Source: a virus (Duplodnaviria; Caudoviricetes). From it: a stretch of 47,185 nt of DNA. Positions 33,976-43,702 of this stretch are shown here, piece after piece. The notes beneath the pieces are model-generated. The model saw only the letters and a program-made list of their open reading frames with translations, had not been told where the DNA came from and did not search any database. Position numbers and translations under genes: made by a program. The DNA is taken from the IMG/VR virus record IMGVR_UViG_3300046717_000333, positions 1 through 47,185 of that record; one strand, written 5' to 3'. Numbering within the stretch: the first letter of the stretch is position 1; each line of letters starts with the position of its first letter.

Positions 33976-35657
33976 TACTTGCCATCCGGGTGGAAAATGC
34001 CGTCGGGGCCGAGGGTTCCAGTCTCGCCGCTCTTGAGCTTGATGCGCTTGCCGGCCGCAGGTTCTTGCTTGGCTGGCGGTGCCGCTACGCCGGCCTTCGC
34101 GCCCTTGGCGATCGTCTTGGCCTTGGTGACGGGAGCCGACTCGGGGTCCGCCGCCGGCTCGCCTTCGGGTTGTCCGAAGCCGTGCAGACCGCCGTACATT
34201 TGCAGTTCCCGGCGGCGGACGAGGTCTGGGTGACGCTTATACGCGTCGCTGCTGTGGATGACCTCTTGGAACTTCTTGTTCGAGGCGCCGCCCTCGGCCC
34301 AGGAGTCGGCCAACTCGTCGTGGATTGCCTCAACGACCTTGGCCCACGCTCCCTTTCCAATGGAGCCATCGATATAGGACTGGAGAACGTTTTCGCCCTT
34401 CTCCCGAAGGCCCGACAGGTGATTGAGATAGGTTTGCATCATCGCCTGGCGCACGCCGAGGCCGCTCGCGCTCTTGAGCAAACGGTCGAGGATCAAGATC
34501 TGCTGGGCGCCGGTGACGTTCGGCTTTTGGGCGTGCGTATAGGCCTCGCCGAGAGCGGTCTGTTTGCCCTGGAGCCCCTTTGGGCCGCTCAAATTCGAGT
34601 TGGTCTCGAACTTGTCGATTTCGTGGACCAGCCCGGCTTCTTCCTTCTCCCAGGACTTGTTGCCGGGCCCGAGGGGCGCGGGGCCGCCCTTCTTCTTCCT
34701 GATGTTGGCCACGTCGATAGCGTTCTGGCCCTTCAGCCCCTGAAGCTCGACGCGGCCCTCTTGCGCCTGCGATGCGCTGGCGGTGTTGTTGATCGCCGAC
34801 TTCTCGAAGTTGGGGATCTCGTCCATCAGCAGGTTTGCCGAGCGCAGCATCGTTGCGCGCGTGTGCGGGTCCGGCTCCTTTGCGGCATCGGCGAAAAGCT
34901 TCGTCGCGCGGTCGATCATGTCCTGCCGCTGGTAATCCCTCTCCTCCGATGGGTGGATCGTTGTCCTGCCACCGTAAGGACTGCCAAGAATCACGTTCGG
35001 GTTGGCCACCTGCTCGTCGTAGGCCTTCTTCTTGGCCGCGTCGGCGGCGGCCTCGGATTCGTAGAGCGCTTTCTTCGCGGGGTACTGCTGGCGAGCGTCC
35101 TGGGTGCGCTGGGCGAGCCCTTCGGCCTCGGTGGCGGCGGCCTCGGTGGCCAGATCGTTGGCCGCGGGCGGCTGGTCGACGGGGCGGCCCTGCTTGACCA
35201 GGGCGTCGTGGATCGCCTTGGTCCGCGCCTGCTGCGGCGTCATGACCTGGACGAAGTCGGGCAGCGGCTCCTCGGGCGCGACCGCCGTAGGGGTGGGCGC
35301 AGGCCCCGGCTTCTCCTCCTCCCAAGTCATGCCGAGCAAGGGGCCGCCCGGATCGCGTGGATTGGGGAACTGCGACGACTTCACCAGCGCCTCTGCCGCG
35401 CCCCTGCGGCCCTTCGCGAGATACGCAGTCGCCCCCGCAGTGATGTCCTTCAGCCGGTCACTCTGTTTCAGGGCCTCGTCGGTCTTGTCCTTGAGAGCCT
35501 TCTCCGCGAGGGCCTTGTTCGTCGCTGCGATCTGGTCCTCATAGGCAGCGGTTCGCCGCTGCTCCTGGAGGAGATCCGCGATCTTGAGCAGATTCCCCTG
35601 GCCCTGACTGCCGAGGCCGCCCCAGGCCTTCGGCGGGGTGTAATCGAGATAGCCCAT
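33975..35657 (-). CDS. Internal virion (DNA ejection) protein
   Basis: 560 aa, helical; synteny with the P22 gp20 position. Confidence 0.65.
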   Translation of the reverse strand: MGYLDYTPPKAWGGLGSQGQGNLLKIADLLQEQRRTAAYEDQIAATNKALAEKALKDKTDEALKQSDRLKDITAGATAYLAKGRRGAAEALVKSSQFPNPRDPGGPLLGMTWEEEKPGPAPTPTAVAPEEPLPDFVQVMTPQQARTKAIHDALVKQGRPVDQPPAANDLATEAAATEAEGLAQRTQDARQQYPAKKALYESEAAADAAKKKAYDEQVANPNVILGSPYGGRTTIHPSEERDYQRQDMIDRATKLFADAAKEPDPHTRATMLRSANLLMDEIPNFEKSAINNTASASQAQEGRVELQGLKGQNAIDVANIRKKKGGPAPLGPGNKSWEKEEAGLVHEIDKFETNSNLSGPKGLQGKQTALGEAYTHAQKPNVTGAQQILILDRLLKSASGLGVRQAMMQTYLNHLSGLREKGENVLQSYIDGSIGKGAWAKVVEAIHDELADSWAEGGASNKKFQEVIHSSDAYKRHPDLVRRRELQMYGGLHGFGQPEGEPAADPESAPVTKAKTIAKGAKAGVAAPPAKQEPAAGKRIKLKSGETGTLGPDGIFHPDGK

Positions 35658-35659
35658 GG

Positions 35660-36484
35660 CTACTTGGCCGCTCCCGCTGCCCCTGGCTTCTTCATGAAGC
35701 CCGTCGCCAGACCGCCGACCGCGGTCACGTCGCCGACCATGTTCTGGAAGGTCGCCATGTCGATACCCGCGGCTTGCAGCGCGGCCTGGAGCTTCTCCTT
35801 CTGGCCCTCGCCGTACGCCTGCCCGCCAAGCTCGGAGAAGTGCCCGAAGGTGTTGGCCCTGGAATCGCCCAGGCTCCCGGCGCCGTTCATGACGTCGTTG
35901 TAGTAGCCGCGCTGCTCGCCGCTCGCGCCCTGGGCCGCGCCGCCGTAGGCCTGGTCGAGCCCGAGTCGCGAGGTGTCCGCGCCGCCCGCGAGGGCCGCCA
36001 GTTGCTGCGCACGCTGGGCGTTGATGTTGGCCTGGTAGTCGGTGATCTGCCGAACGCCGGGCGTGCTGTTGGCCATCCCGCGCGCCGCGAGCTGGCGGTT
36101 GATGTCCGCCATGGCCCGCTCGTCCTGGTAGGCCGCCGCGGGGTCAACGCCGCCTTTGCGCTCGTTGTAGAGTTGCTCTTGATTGGTTGGGCCCGCCGCC
36201 TGCCCCCGCATGTACTTGTAGTAGTCCGCCTGCTCGGTGGGGGCGTTCGCCTTCATGTTGGTCAGCGCGTCTTCAGCGGGCCCGTAATAGGACAGGGCTT
36301 GCTTCCCCTGCTGCCCGTACCAGTCCCGTTGCTGAGAGCCGAGGTCGGCGGCGCCTTGCCCGGCCTTGCCATAGGCGTCCTTCTGCGCGTCGGCAGCCTT
36401 GCCGTAGGTCGCCCGATAGGCCTCGCTGAGACCGCCGGTGAAAGCGCCTTCGCCGATGCGCGTAGCTGTATCCCAAAAGCCCAT
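35660..36484 (-). CDS. DNA transfer/pilot protein (P22 gp7-like position)
   Basis: G/A/Q-rich with INRQLAARGM motif; ATG at 36484. Confidence 0.7.
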   Translation of the reverse strand: MGFWDTATRIGEGAFTGGLSEAYRATYGKAADAQKDAYGKAGQGAADLGSQQRDWYGQQGKQALSYYGPAEDALTNMKANAPTEQADYYKYMRGQAAGPTNQEQLYNERKGGVDPAAAYQDERAMADINRQLAARGMANSTPGVRQITDYQANINAQRAQQLAALAGGADTSRLGLDQAYGGAAQGASGEQRGYYNDVMNGAGSLGDSRANTFGHFSELGGQAYGEGQKEKLQAALQAAGIDMATFQNMVGDVTAVGGLATGFMKKPGAAGAAK

Positions 36485-37899
36485 CACGCCTCCAGCGGGG
36501 TAAAGACTTCCTCGCACGCGACGAGGACAAATTCGGCCGGGTCGCTCATCGAAAGCTCCCACTGCCGGACGGTGTAGACGCCCAAGGTCCACTTGTTGAC
36601 GATGGCCTCGTAGTCGCCAGGCGCGCCCAGCGAGATGCGCAGGGGCTGGCCAAAGGCTCCGAGATCACTTCTCCAGCGCAGTTGCGCCTGCGGCGCCGTG
36701 GGGTTGGTGTTGGCGCCCCGGCGCATCAGGAGTTGAATGCGCTCGCAGATCTTGCGGTTGCTGGTCCCCCGATCGCCGAACCCGGTGCGCACGAGCGCCT
36801 TCAGCATCGCGCCGTGCTCGGTGAAGGCCCGCGGGTCGAGCAGGGAGATCGTCCCGTCTTCCAGGCCGATGAGCTGGAGGTTCTGGTCGGGCCAAAAGCA
36901 GTGGCTCTGGCCGATCCACGGTTGCCAGCGCCCGTCGGTGTCGATCGACCGCCACTCGGTCCACTTCTTGACCGCCGAGTTGTAAACCAGCATGCGGCCC
37001 TCGGTCGGGAAGACGAAGCCGAGCAGATCGGCAGCGTCGAACCGAGCGCGAAAGCTCCAGCAGTCCGAGATGGTCGCGAAGCCCTGAAGGGTCTTCGCCA
37101 TGGCCTGGTCGGTGAGGTCTTGGACGCTGCGCCCGTCGGTGGCGACGATGCGGCGGCGGTGGTCGAGAAAGCAGATCTGGGCGTCGTTCTTGATCAGGCT
37201 GCCCGGGGCCAAAGAGCCGATTTCAACGGTGGTGCCGGCGGTGAACGTGAGCGTGGCGTCGACGATGAACACCTGCAACGTCTCGGTGCCGAGCGCGTAG
37301 AGTTCGCCCACCGTGGTCACCAGGCTCACCAGCCGGTCGGGCGCTGCGCTGGTGTCGGCCTGACCGCTGTCGCCCGTATTCCAGATCTCGTGGCCCACGT
37401 CGAACATGTCGGACCAGTAGAAGTTGCCGGTGTTGTTGCCCCCGATGACCAGGCGACTGTTGATGGCGGCAATCGCGGTCCCCGCTGGCGGGCTACCGCC
37501 GAGGCGCGCCGACAGGCCCGCGCCTTCCCACTTCTGCGGCACGCCGCCGCCGATGATCACGATGCGGGTCAACGTGACCACCGCCATCGGGCGCTTGGTG
37601 CCGTCGAGTTGGGTCGGCAGCGTGTCATCGCTGAGGGGCACCACCAGACCCGGCGCGAGCAGAGCCCAGAGCTTGCGATCGGCGGTGCAGTAGACGACGT
37701 AGGCACCGAAGATCCAGATCCCGATGACCGGCGAAGCGTCCGGCACCACCGTGGGGAACGCCGACCAGGTCGACAGGCCCGGCCGGGTGCGCGCGCTGGC
37801 CCCGTCGTGGATCATGTTGATCACGGCGGGCGAAGCTCCGGCCAGCTCCTCGATACCGGAGGCCTGACCGTCGGTGAAGGGGATGGACGCCGCGGGCAT
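36484..37899 (-). CDS. Tail hub/packaged-DNA stabilization protein (P22 gp10-like)
   Basis: RPGL start motif, FYWSD, APDRLV, FVFPTEGRMLVYN...WTEW, LRWRSDLG. Confidence 0.8.
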   Translation of the reverse strand: MPAASIPFTDGQASGIEELAGASPAVINMIHDGASARTRPGLSTWSAFPTVVPDASPVIGIWIFGAYVVYCTADRKLWALLAPGLVVPLSDDTLPTQLDGTKRPMAVVTLTRIVIIGGGVPQKWEGAGLSARLGGSPPAGTAIAAINSRLVIGGNNTGNFYWSDMFDVGHEIWNTGDSGQADTSAAPDRLVSLVTTVGELYALGTETLQVFIVDATLTFTAGTTVEIGSLAPGSLIKNDAQICFLDHRRRIVATDGRSVQDLTDQAMAKTLQGFATISDCWSFRARFDAADLLGFVFPTEGRMLVYNSAVKKWTEWRSIDTDGRWQPWIGQSHCFWPDQNLQLIGLEDGTISLLDPRAFTEHGAMLKALVRTGFGDRGTSNRKICERIQLLMRRGANTNPTAPQAQLRWRSDLGAFGQPLRISLGAPGDYEAIVNKWTLGVYTVRQWELSMSDPAEFVLVACEEVFTPLEA

Positions 37900-39482
37900 C
37901 AGACCACGATCTCCGTGCGGCAAAGCTCGGCCCAGTAGTTCGACTCGGGGTCGTACTCGACGAGGAGTTCGGTGCGCGCGTTGATAGCCGTGTTGATCGG
38001 CGTCGCCGGCTTGAGGTGAAAGCCGCCAGCAGCGGCGCTAAAGGCCCAGGTGGTGGGCCCCGCGCCCGTATTGATCAGGCTGAAGTGCAGTTGCGCCGAC
38101 CGGAAGGCCATGGCGAGCGGGATAGGGGGGGCAATGGTGATGGTGGCCGCGCCCGCGCTGGTCGAGTTGATGCGCAACACCCGCCCGTTGTTAAAGTCTG
38201 GCGAAATGGTCGCAGTGCCCGTTACCGTATAGGCAAAGCCCTCAACGTTGTTTCCCACGTTGGAGATGCGCGGAGCGGTGCCCGTCACAGAAATACGCTG
38301 GAAGGCCGCTCCGTCGGAGTTGAAGGCATTGCCGTGCAGCGCAACGATGCCCGCGTTTGATGGGCCGCTCCCCGTATTGACTGACGTCAACAAGACGCCA
38401 TAGAGAATGTAGCAACCGCTCACGAAAAATGGGCCGAGGTTGAACTTGGACCCCGACACGTTGCCGACCAGCTCCAGGTTGTAATCCGTGCTATTCCCCC
38501 CGAGGAGGCATGAGGTGATCGACGCATAGTTCGATGCACCGTTGGTCTTGACAGCCCGCGCGCCAGGTCCCGTGCTGCCTGAGATGTTGCAACGAGCAAT
38601 CTGGAAGTTGGGCACAGCAAACGTGCTGATGGCCTGGCTCGAATCGACGCCGATAAAGTGACCGCCAATGGTGAGGTCAGTCAGCACAAACGGAGTGCTT
38701 TTGATCGTGATGGCGGTGCCAGTGCTGCCGAACAACGACCCAACTGCGAGTTGCGAAATCGTGAGTCCATTCAATTGACTGCTCGCGAATACCCCCGTCG
38801 TCGCGTTCTGGTTAACAATGCTGGAAACAAGCCCGGCTCCCACCAGAGAAAGAGATGCCGGCGAGTTTGGCAGTGTGATCGTAGCGGAAACGTTATAGGT
38901 CCCTGGCGGGAAGTAGACGATGCCACCCCCGAGCGCGATGCAACGATTGACCGTCGCCTGAATGGCCGCGGTGTCGTCGGTGTGCCCATCGCCAACGGCG
39001 CCGAAGTCCTTGACGCTGAGATGCACCTCGCGCATCCAAGCACCCACGGGGCGCGCCGGGGCGCCCGGGGCCGCCACGTACGTGAAGTCGGGCCCGCCAA
39101 AGCTCACGCCGGCCGAGGTGAGGATCTTCTGCAGGTCAGTGACGCCGCCAGGGCCCTGGGAGCCATCGGGCAGCGTCCCCGTGTAGAACGGGTTTTCCAC
39201 CTGGACCACGCCCGGCGAGTCGGCGAGGTTATAGTCGTTCACGGTGGCGCCCGCGGCGGTCTCGACGTGGATCGTGCAGACCTGGTCCACGTAGAAGATC
39301 GCGCGCCCCGCGGCGTCGAGCACGATCGGCTGCGTGATGATCGAGTCGCTGAAAACGTCGGCGAAGACCGGCGCCAGGCTGGTGGTGTTCTGGATGTAGA
39401 TCCACACCTTCCCGCTGGCGTTGGGCGTGCCGTCGGCCAGGCGCGAGCCACCGAAGGCGAAAGTCTCAACCAGCTTACCCAT
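37899..39482 (-). CDS. Tailspike: head-binding N-domain plus pectate-lyase-3-type beta-helix
   Basis: GKVWIY...QPIVLDAAGRA N-domain; SVKDFGAVGDGHTDDTAAIQ...VYFPPGTY. Confidence 0.85.
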   Translation of the reverse strand: MGKLVETFAFGGSRLADGTPNASGKVWIYIQNTTSLAPVFADVFSDSIITQPIVLDAAGRAIFYVDQVCTIHVETAAGATVNDYNLADSPGVVQVENPFYTGTLPDGSQGPGGVTDLQKILTSAGVSFGGPDFTYVAAPGAPARPVGAWMREVHLSVKDFGAVGDGHTDDTAAIQATVNRCIALGGGIVYFPPGTYNVSATITLPNSPASLSLVGAGLVSSIVNQNATTGVFASSQLNGLTISQLAVGSLFGSTGTAITIKSTPFVLTDLTIGGHFIGVDSSQAISTFAVPNFQIARCNISGSTGPGARAVKTNGASNYASITSCLLGGNSTDYNLELVGNVSGSKFNLGPFFVSGCYILYGVLLTSVNTGSGPSNAGIVALHGNAFNSDGAAFQRISVTGTAPRISNVGNNVEGFAYTVTGTATISPDFNNGRVLRINSTSAGAATITIAPPIPLAMAFRSAQLHFSLINTGAGPTTWAFSAAAGGFHLKPATPINTAINARTELLVEYDPESNYWAELCRTEIVV

Positions 39483-40170
39483 AGGGCGAGTACCTTTCGG
39501 AAAGCACGAAGCGCGACTCGCCCCGCTCGGTCTCATCGTTCATCGCCCGATCGCGCTCGTTCTCGTAGGTCTGGCGAAGCGAGTCGGCGCGGTCGATGCG
39601 CCCGTAGTGCAGCGCGAAGTCGGCGGCGAGCATGTACGTCACGCAGCGGAGCCACTTGCTGGGGATGTCGAGCGTCACGCCCGCGGTGTCGACGTCGCGG
39701 AAGCGGCGCACCTTGGCGTAGGTCACCGAGATGACCGCGACGTTGCCGACAGGGTGCAGGTTGATCGTCACCACGCCGTCGGTCTTCTCGATGTAGGCCT
39801 GGGAGGGCGGGCCCACGGTGTCCTTGTTGGACAACTCCATGTAACGGCGCCGCGGGATCAGGAGGATCGGCACGTCGTTGTGCTGGCTGTCGCTGTAGTA
39901 GAGCGATTCCACGTCGAGGGTGTCGGGCTCGGTGGTGATCACGCCCTGGGGCGAGATCGCGATGAACGGCACGGTGGTGCGCTCGACGGTGCGCAGGAAG
40001 ATGCCGTCGTTCTGCAAGGCCTTAAGGCCCAGGTCGAGAAGGGTCATCCCCATGGCGTTCTGGTCGGGATCGGGCTCCAGGCCGGCGTTGAGCACCTGGC
40101 AGAGCTGGAGCGCGGTCTTGATCACCTGCTGCGCCTGGAGGTCAAACGAGCTGTTCGCCGAGGTGGTCAA
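39475..40170 (-). CDS. Head-tail adaptor (P22 gp4-like position)
   Basis: YMELSNKDTVGPPSQAY and IPSKWLRCVTYMLAADFA motifs. Confidence 0.75.
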   Translation of the reverse strand: MTTSANSSFDLQAQQVIKTALQLCQVLNAGLEPDPDQNAMGMTLLDLGLKALQNDGIFLRTVERTTVPFIAISPQGVITTEPDTLDVESLYYSDSQHNDVPILLIPRRRYMELSNKDTVGPPSQAYIEKTDGVVTINLHPVGNVAVISVTYAKVRRFRDVDTAGVTLDIPSKWLRCVTYMLAADFALHYGRIDRADSLRQTYENERDRAMNDETERGESRFVLSERYSPYG

Positions 40171-41639
40171 TGGCCCCTCCCGGTGAAGCCCTGCGGCTGC
40201 TGGCGATAGATCTGGGCGACCTGGGAGGCCCGGGTCACGCTCTGGATACGCGCGGTAGCCCCGTCAGTGATCGGCTGGAAGAGCGGGCCCGAGATGCCCA
40301 GGGGGCCGAGGTAAAGCGTCTCCCCCGAGCGCGGCGTGCGCTCGTAGTAGCGCTGGCGGGGCACTGAGAGCGTGTCCTTGATGTTCTTGAGGGCAGGGGC
40401 GCTCTTGGCCGAGGTCGCACGCGCCAGCAGCCCCGCAGAGGCCCAGTCGTAGCTGTTGCCCACGGCGGTGTTGCCGGTGAACTGGGTCGGCGGCGCAAGG
40501 GTGGTATCGAGACCGCCACCGCGAAGGCCGGACAGGAAGGTCCAGAGGTCGGCCACCTGGTCGGTGACCCCATAGACCTCGGCGAGCGCGTAGATCCCCG
40601 CGGCCCAGTCCGAGGTGGTGATAAGCGTCCCCCTCCATTCGGAGGGAATGGGAGAGACGGCAAATTTCGGCGAGAAGTGCTCGAAAGGCGTCGCTGCGGA
40701 AAAGCCATTCAGGCCAACGGCGCCGTTCGCCCAAAAGGCGCGCATTTGCTCAATCGAGACCGAGATAAGCCGGCTCGGATTGGACGAGAACTTGACCAGG
40801 GAGCTTGCCGGCGGGCCGATGACGATGTCGCCGGTGATCGCCTTGAGCAGCGACAAGCCCCAGAGGCACACCAGATCGCCGGGGAAATAGACCCCGTCGG
40901 TCTCGTTCTCGTCTGGATCGTAGGTCCTGACCGGAGGCCCGTAGGCGACGTAGAGAAAGTCGACCGCGAGGTCGTAGGCTTGCAGCATGACCACGAAGCC
41001 CGCGGCAGCCTTGGCCGCACGCAGATAGCGCTCGTCCCGCGTGATCGTGTAGAGGCGGCAGAGACCGGCGATACCCACACCCGCGTCCGTTGCCGTGCAG
41101 AGAAAAGACGAGACGCCGTTTGGCTGGCGGTTCGGTAGAAACGCGCCCGTCGCGTAGGGGTAGCCGTTCGACTCCGGCACCTGCGCCACGAGCAACTCCT
41201 CACCAAGGGCGATGGCCCGCTTGCGGGCGTAGGTGAGCCAGGTCGCCGGCCGGCGGTTCTCCAGCAGAAGGCCAGTCAGGTAGGCGAGGGACCAGGTCAG
41301 CGCCGGCAAGGTGTGCGTGCCGACGATGCCGGGCGCGTTGGTCTTCACCGTGGCGCTCTCGAAGGGCGCCGTCTTGGTGACGAAGTTGAAGATCTGCGAC
41401 TCCTCGGCGGTCCAGGTGTCGACGGGGTTGAGGGGCTTGGGCCGCGGGACCGGCAAGATCTTCGTGGGCCGCACCCGCGCGTTGATCTTGTTGAGCACCT
41501 GCGCCGTGCGGAACTCCGGGTGGATCGAGCAGATCGCGACGTTCTCGGAGAACCGGATGTCTTCGATCTGCCGGGGGCGCCCGCAAATGTCGCAGAGCCG
41601 GCGGTAGCTCGCGACCTTGTATGGTTTCAGGATCGCCAT
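40167..41639 (-). CDS. CDxCG Zn-knuckle N-terminus fused to an alpha/alpha-toroid enzyme-like domain
   Basis: LCDICG...C...PRPKP, then LLVAQ...GAF and IAGLCRLYTITRDERYLRAAKAAAGFV helical-hairpin motifs; ATG at 41639. Confidence 0.6.
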   Translation of the reverse strand: MAILKPYKVASYRRLCDICGRPRQIEDIRFSENVAICSIHPEFRTAQVLNKINARVRPTKILPVPRPKPLNPVDTWTAEESQIFNFVTKTAPFESATVKTNAPGIVGTHTLPALTWSLAYLTGLLLENRRPATWLTYARKRAIALGEELLVAQVPESNGYPYATGAFLPNRQPNGVSSFLCTATDAGVGIAGLCRLYTITRDERYLRAAKAAAGFVVMLQAYDLAVDFLYVAYGPPVRTYDPDENETDGVYFPGDLVCLWGLSLLKAITGDIVIGPPASSLVKFSSNPSRLISVSIEQMRAFWANGAVGLNGFSAATPFEHFSPKFAVSPIPSEWRGTLITTSDWAAGIYALAEVYGVTDQVADLWTFLSGLRGGGLDTTLAPPTQFTGNTAVGNSYDWASAGLLARATSAKSAPALKNIKDTLSVPRQRYYERTPRSGETLYLGPLGISGPLFQPITDGATARIQSVTRASQVAQIYRQQPQGFTGRGH

Positions 41640-41641
41640 GG

Positions 41642-42454
41642 CTACGCCTGGTAAATCAGCGGCTCCCCCGAGTCGCTCGCCATCGAGATGAACGCCGTGG
41701 TGGCGCCCGCCGTGCCGATGTTGATGCTGGAGCCGTTGAGCAGGCGCAGGGAGCGCATGTAGAGGCCCACCATGACCACTGCGCCGCTCGTCGGCGCGAA
41801 GGCGGTGCCGTAGGGGTCGGACCAGCCGAAGCCGCCCGAGTCGAAGGTCACGTTGTCGAAGATCAGGCCCTCGGCGCTCGTGCTCACCAAGATCGGCCGC
41901 TTGGCCGCCGCGTCGGTGCCCACGAAACGAGTGGTGCGAATCGTCGACAGGGCGCCGCCCGCCGAGAACTCGATGGTCGCGGCGGTGTCGAAGGCCCCAC
42001 AGGTGAAATCGCAGTCCTCGAAGAGGTTCCGGTCGGCGCTGAGCAGAAAGCGGCGCGGCGCTACCACGGTGGACGCCGGGAAGGTCATGTTCATGAAGCG
42101 CGAGCCGACGGCCGAGCACTGGAATAGGCCCGTGGCGCCGCCGTTGATAATCTTCGCGCGGTGGGAGCCCAGGCCCTCCGAGACAAAGGTCAGGTAGGCC
42201 TTGGCGACGTTGATCGAGGCGGCGATCGTCTCGACGTGATCGGGCAGATAGACGATCGTGTCGCCCTGGGCAGACGTGTTGTAAGCCTTCAGGGTCGTCA
42301 GAAAGGCGTTGTTGCGCCGCTTGCCGCCGTTGGTGTCGAGCCCGCCGGGGCCCACGAAATACACGTCCCCCGTGATCCCCGTCGGTTGTTCGAGGACCAT
42401 CGTCGGCCCCGTGGCGGCGCCGATTCCGTTGGGCAGTATTTTTAGAGTCGCCAA
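41642..42454 (-). CDS. Right-handed beta-helix virion protein
   Basis: VYFVGPGGLDTNGG...AFLT...GDTIVYLPDHVETI; TTG start. Confidence 0.7.
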   Translation of the reverse strand: MATLKILPNGIGAATGPTMVLEQPTGITGDVYFVGPGGLDTNGGKRRNNAFLTTLKAYNTSAQGDTIVYLPDHVETIAASINVAKAYLTFVSEGLGSHRAKIINGGATGLFQCSAVGSRFMNMTFPASTVVAPRRFLLSADRNLFEDCDFTCGAFDTAATIEFSAGGALSTIRTTRFVGTDAAAKRPILVSTSAEGLIFDNVTFDSGGFGWSDPYGTAFAPTSGAVVMVGLYMRSLRLLNGSSINIGTAGATTAFISMASDSGEPLIYQA

Positions 42455-42469
42455 TCAGGCCCCCAAAGG

Positions 42470-42517
42470 GCCTTCGGCCGAGGCGCCCAACCAGGAAGCA
42501 GCACCTCGACCGAAAGC
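42470..42517 (-). promoter_or_regulatory. Intergenic 17-bp RNA hairpin
   Basis: 42470-42486 pairs with 42501-42517; all three imperfections are G-U on the coding strand. Confidence 0.6.
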
Positions 42518-42524
42518 AAAACGG

Positions 42525-42734
42525 TTATTCGTCGACTTGCTTACCGTCGGCGACGTAGACGAAACGCCAGTTGCCGTTGTGGTCCTCCCCGGCGAAGTAC
42601 AGCTCCCAGCCGTCGTCACGGCGGGCTTCCAGCAACGCCACAACTGAGGCGTTCACGTTGGGCGGGTCCTGCGGATACAGGAGGTCGAGATCCGGGGCCC
42701 CAAGGGGCCCTTCGATCTTGAAGTGCCTCACCAT
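42525..42734 (-). CDS. Small hypothetical protein
   Basis: ATG at 42734 two nt after the upstream stop; 69 aa. Confidence 0.6.
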   Translation of the reverse strand: MVRHFKIEGPLGAPDLDLLYPQDPPNVNASVVALLEARRDDGWELYFAGEDHNGNWRFVYVADGKQVDE

Positions 42735-42736
42735 GG

Positions 42737-43690
42737 CTACACCGACGGAGTCCCCAGCAGGATGCCGGTCTCGTTGGAGTTGTTGACGCCGCTGTTGTTG
42801 TAGAGCTGCACGTCGGCGCCAGCGACCACGATCTGAGCATTGGAGCCGTCGGTCATGTTGCGCAGCTTGTTGTTGGCGACCCAACCAGTGGTGCCAGCGA
42901 GGCCCACCGAGATGCACGCGGTCGAGGAGGCCGCATTGTTCTGGATGTAGTTGTTCTCGATGAACAGACCTGGGCAACCCGCGGTGAGTACCTGGACCGG
43001 CCCGACGGCCGCCGCGGTGGTGCCGCAGATCATGTCGTTCTGGGTGACCCGAACGTTGGAGTTGCCGTTGAGCCGCAGGAACGTGACCATCGTCGCCAGC
43101 GGCCCGCCTCGCACCTGATTGGAGTCGAAAACGAAGTCCGACGCCCCCGCCGAGCAGGTGATGGCAATGTTGACCTTGTTGGTCGCGTCGGTCCCCGTGT
43201 TGATCCTGCAACCGACGATCGCGTTACCCGAGGCGGTAACCGCAATCGGCGCCCCAACCACCACGCCGCCCGTGGTCGGCTCGAAGCCGAGGATGCAGTT
43301 CTCGATCGAGACGTCGGGCTGGTTGAGCAAGAGCGTCGACAGGTTCGTCGTCCAGGTCAACTGCGGCCTGGTTGCTCCTCGGCCAAGCCCGATGATGCGA
43401 ACGCCGGCCTTGAGGTTCGGCCAGAAGTTCGCCGTCGCGATGCTCTCGGTGTAGCCCTCGCACACGAAGACCCGGTCGTACCGGCCGGCGGTCGTCGCGT
43501 TGAGAGCCGTGTTGAGCGAGGTGAAGGCCCGCGACCGAAGATCACCCTTCAGGAAGGTGAGTTCGGCCGCGGTCATCACATAGTAGTCGTGGCCCATGGG
43601 GGACTCCGCGATGTGCAGAGCCCCGCCGAGCACGAGGTCCGATCCGCCGAAGCGGACGTTCGTTTGGTTGCCAACGTTCGCGAGTCCCAT
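42737..43690 (-). CDS. Right-handed beta-helix virion protein
   Basis: AFTSLNTALN...DRVFVCEGYTESI, VRIIGLG, Asn-ladder repeats. Confidence 0.7.
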   Translation of the reverse strand: MGLANVGNQTNVRFGGSDLVLGGALHIAESPMGHDYYVMTAAELTFLKGDLRSRAFTSLNTALNATTAGRYDRVFVCEGYTESIATANFWPNLKAGVRIIGLGRGATRPQLTWTTNLSTLLLNQPDVSIENCILGFEPTTGGVVVGAPIAVTASGNAIVGCRINTGTDATNKVNIAITCSAGASDFVFDSNQVRGGPLATMVTFLRLNGNSNVRVTQNDMICGTTAAAVGPVQVLTAGCPGLFIENNYIQNNAASSTACISVGLAGTTGWVANNKLRNMTDGSNAQIVVAGADVQLYNNSGVNNSNETGILLGTPSV

Positions 43691-43702
43691 TGTTGGCCCC
43701 CT

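Noticed and set aside
35655-42740. Recurrent TAGCCATG/TAACCATG gene junctions
   Set aside because: Ordinary translational coupling (stop, two nt, start), not a separate element
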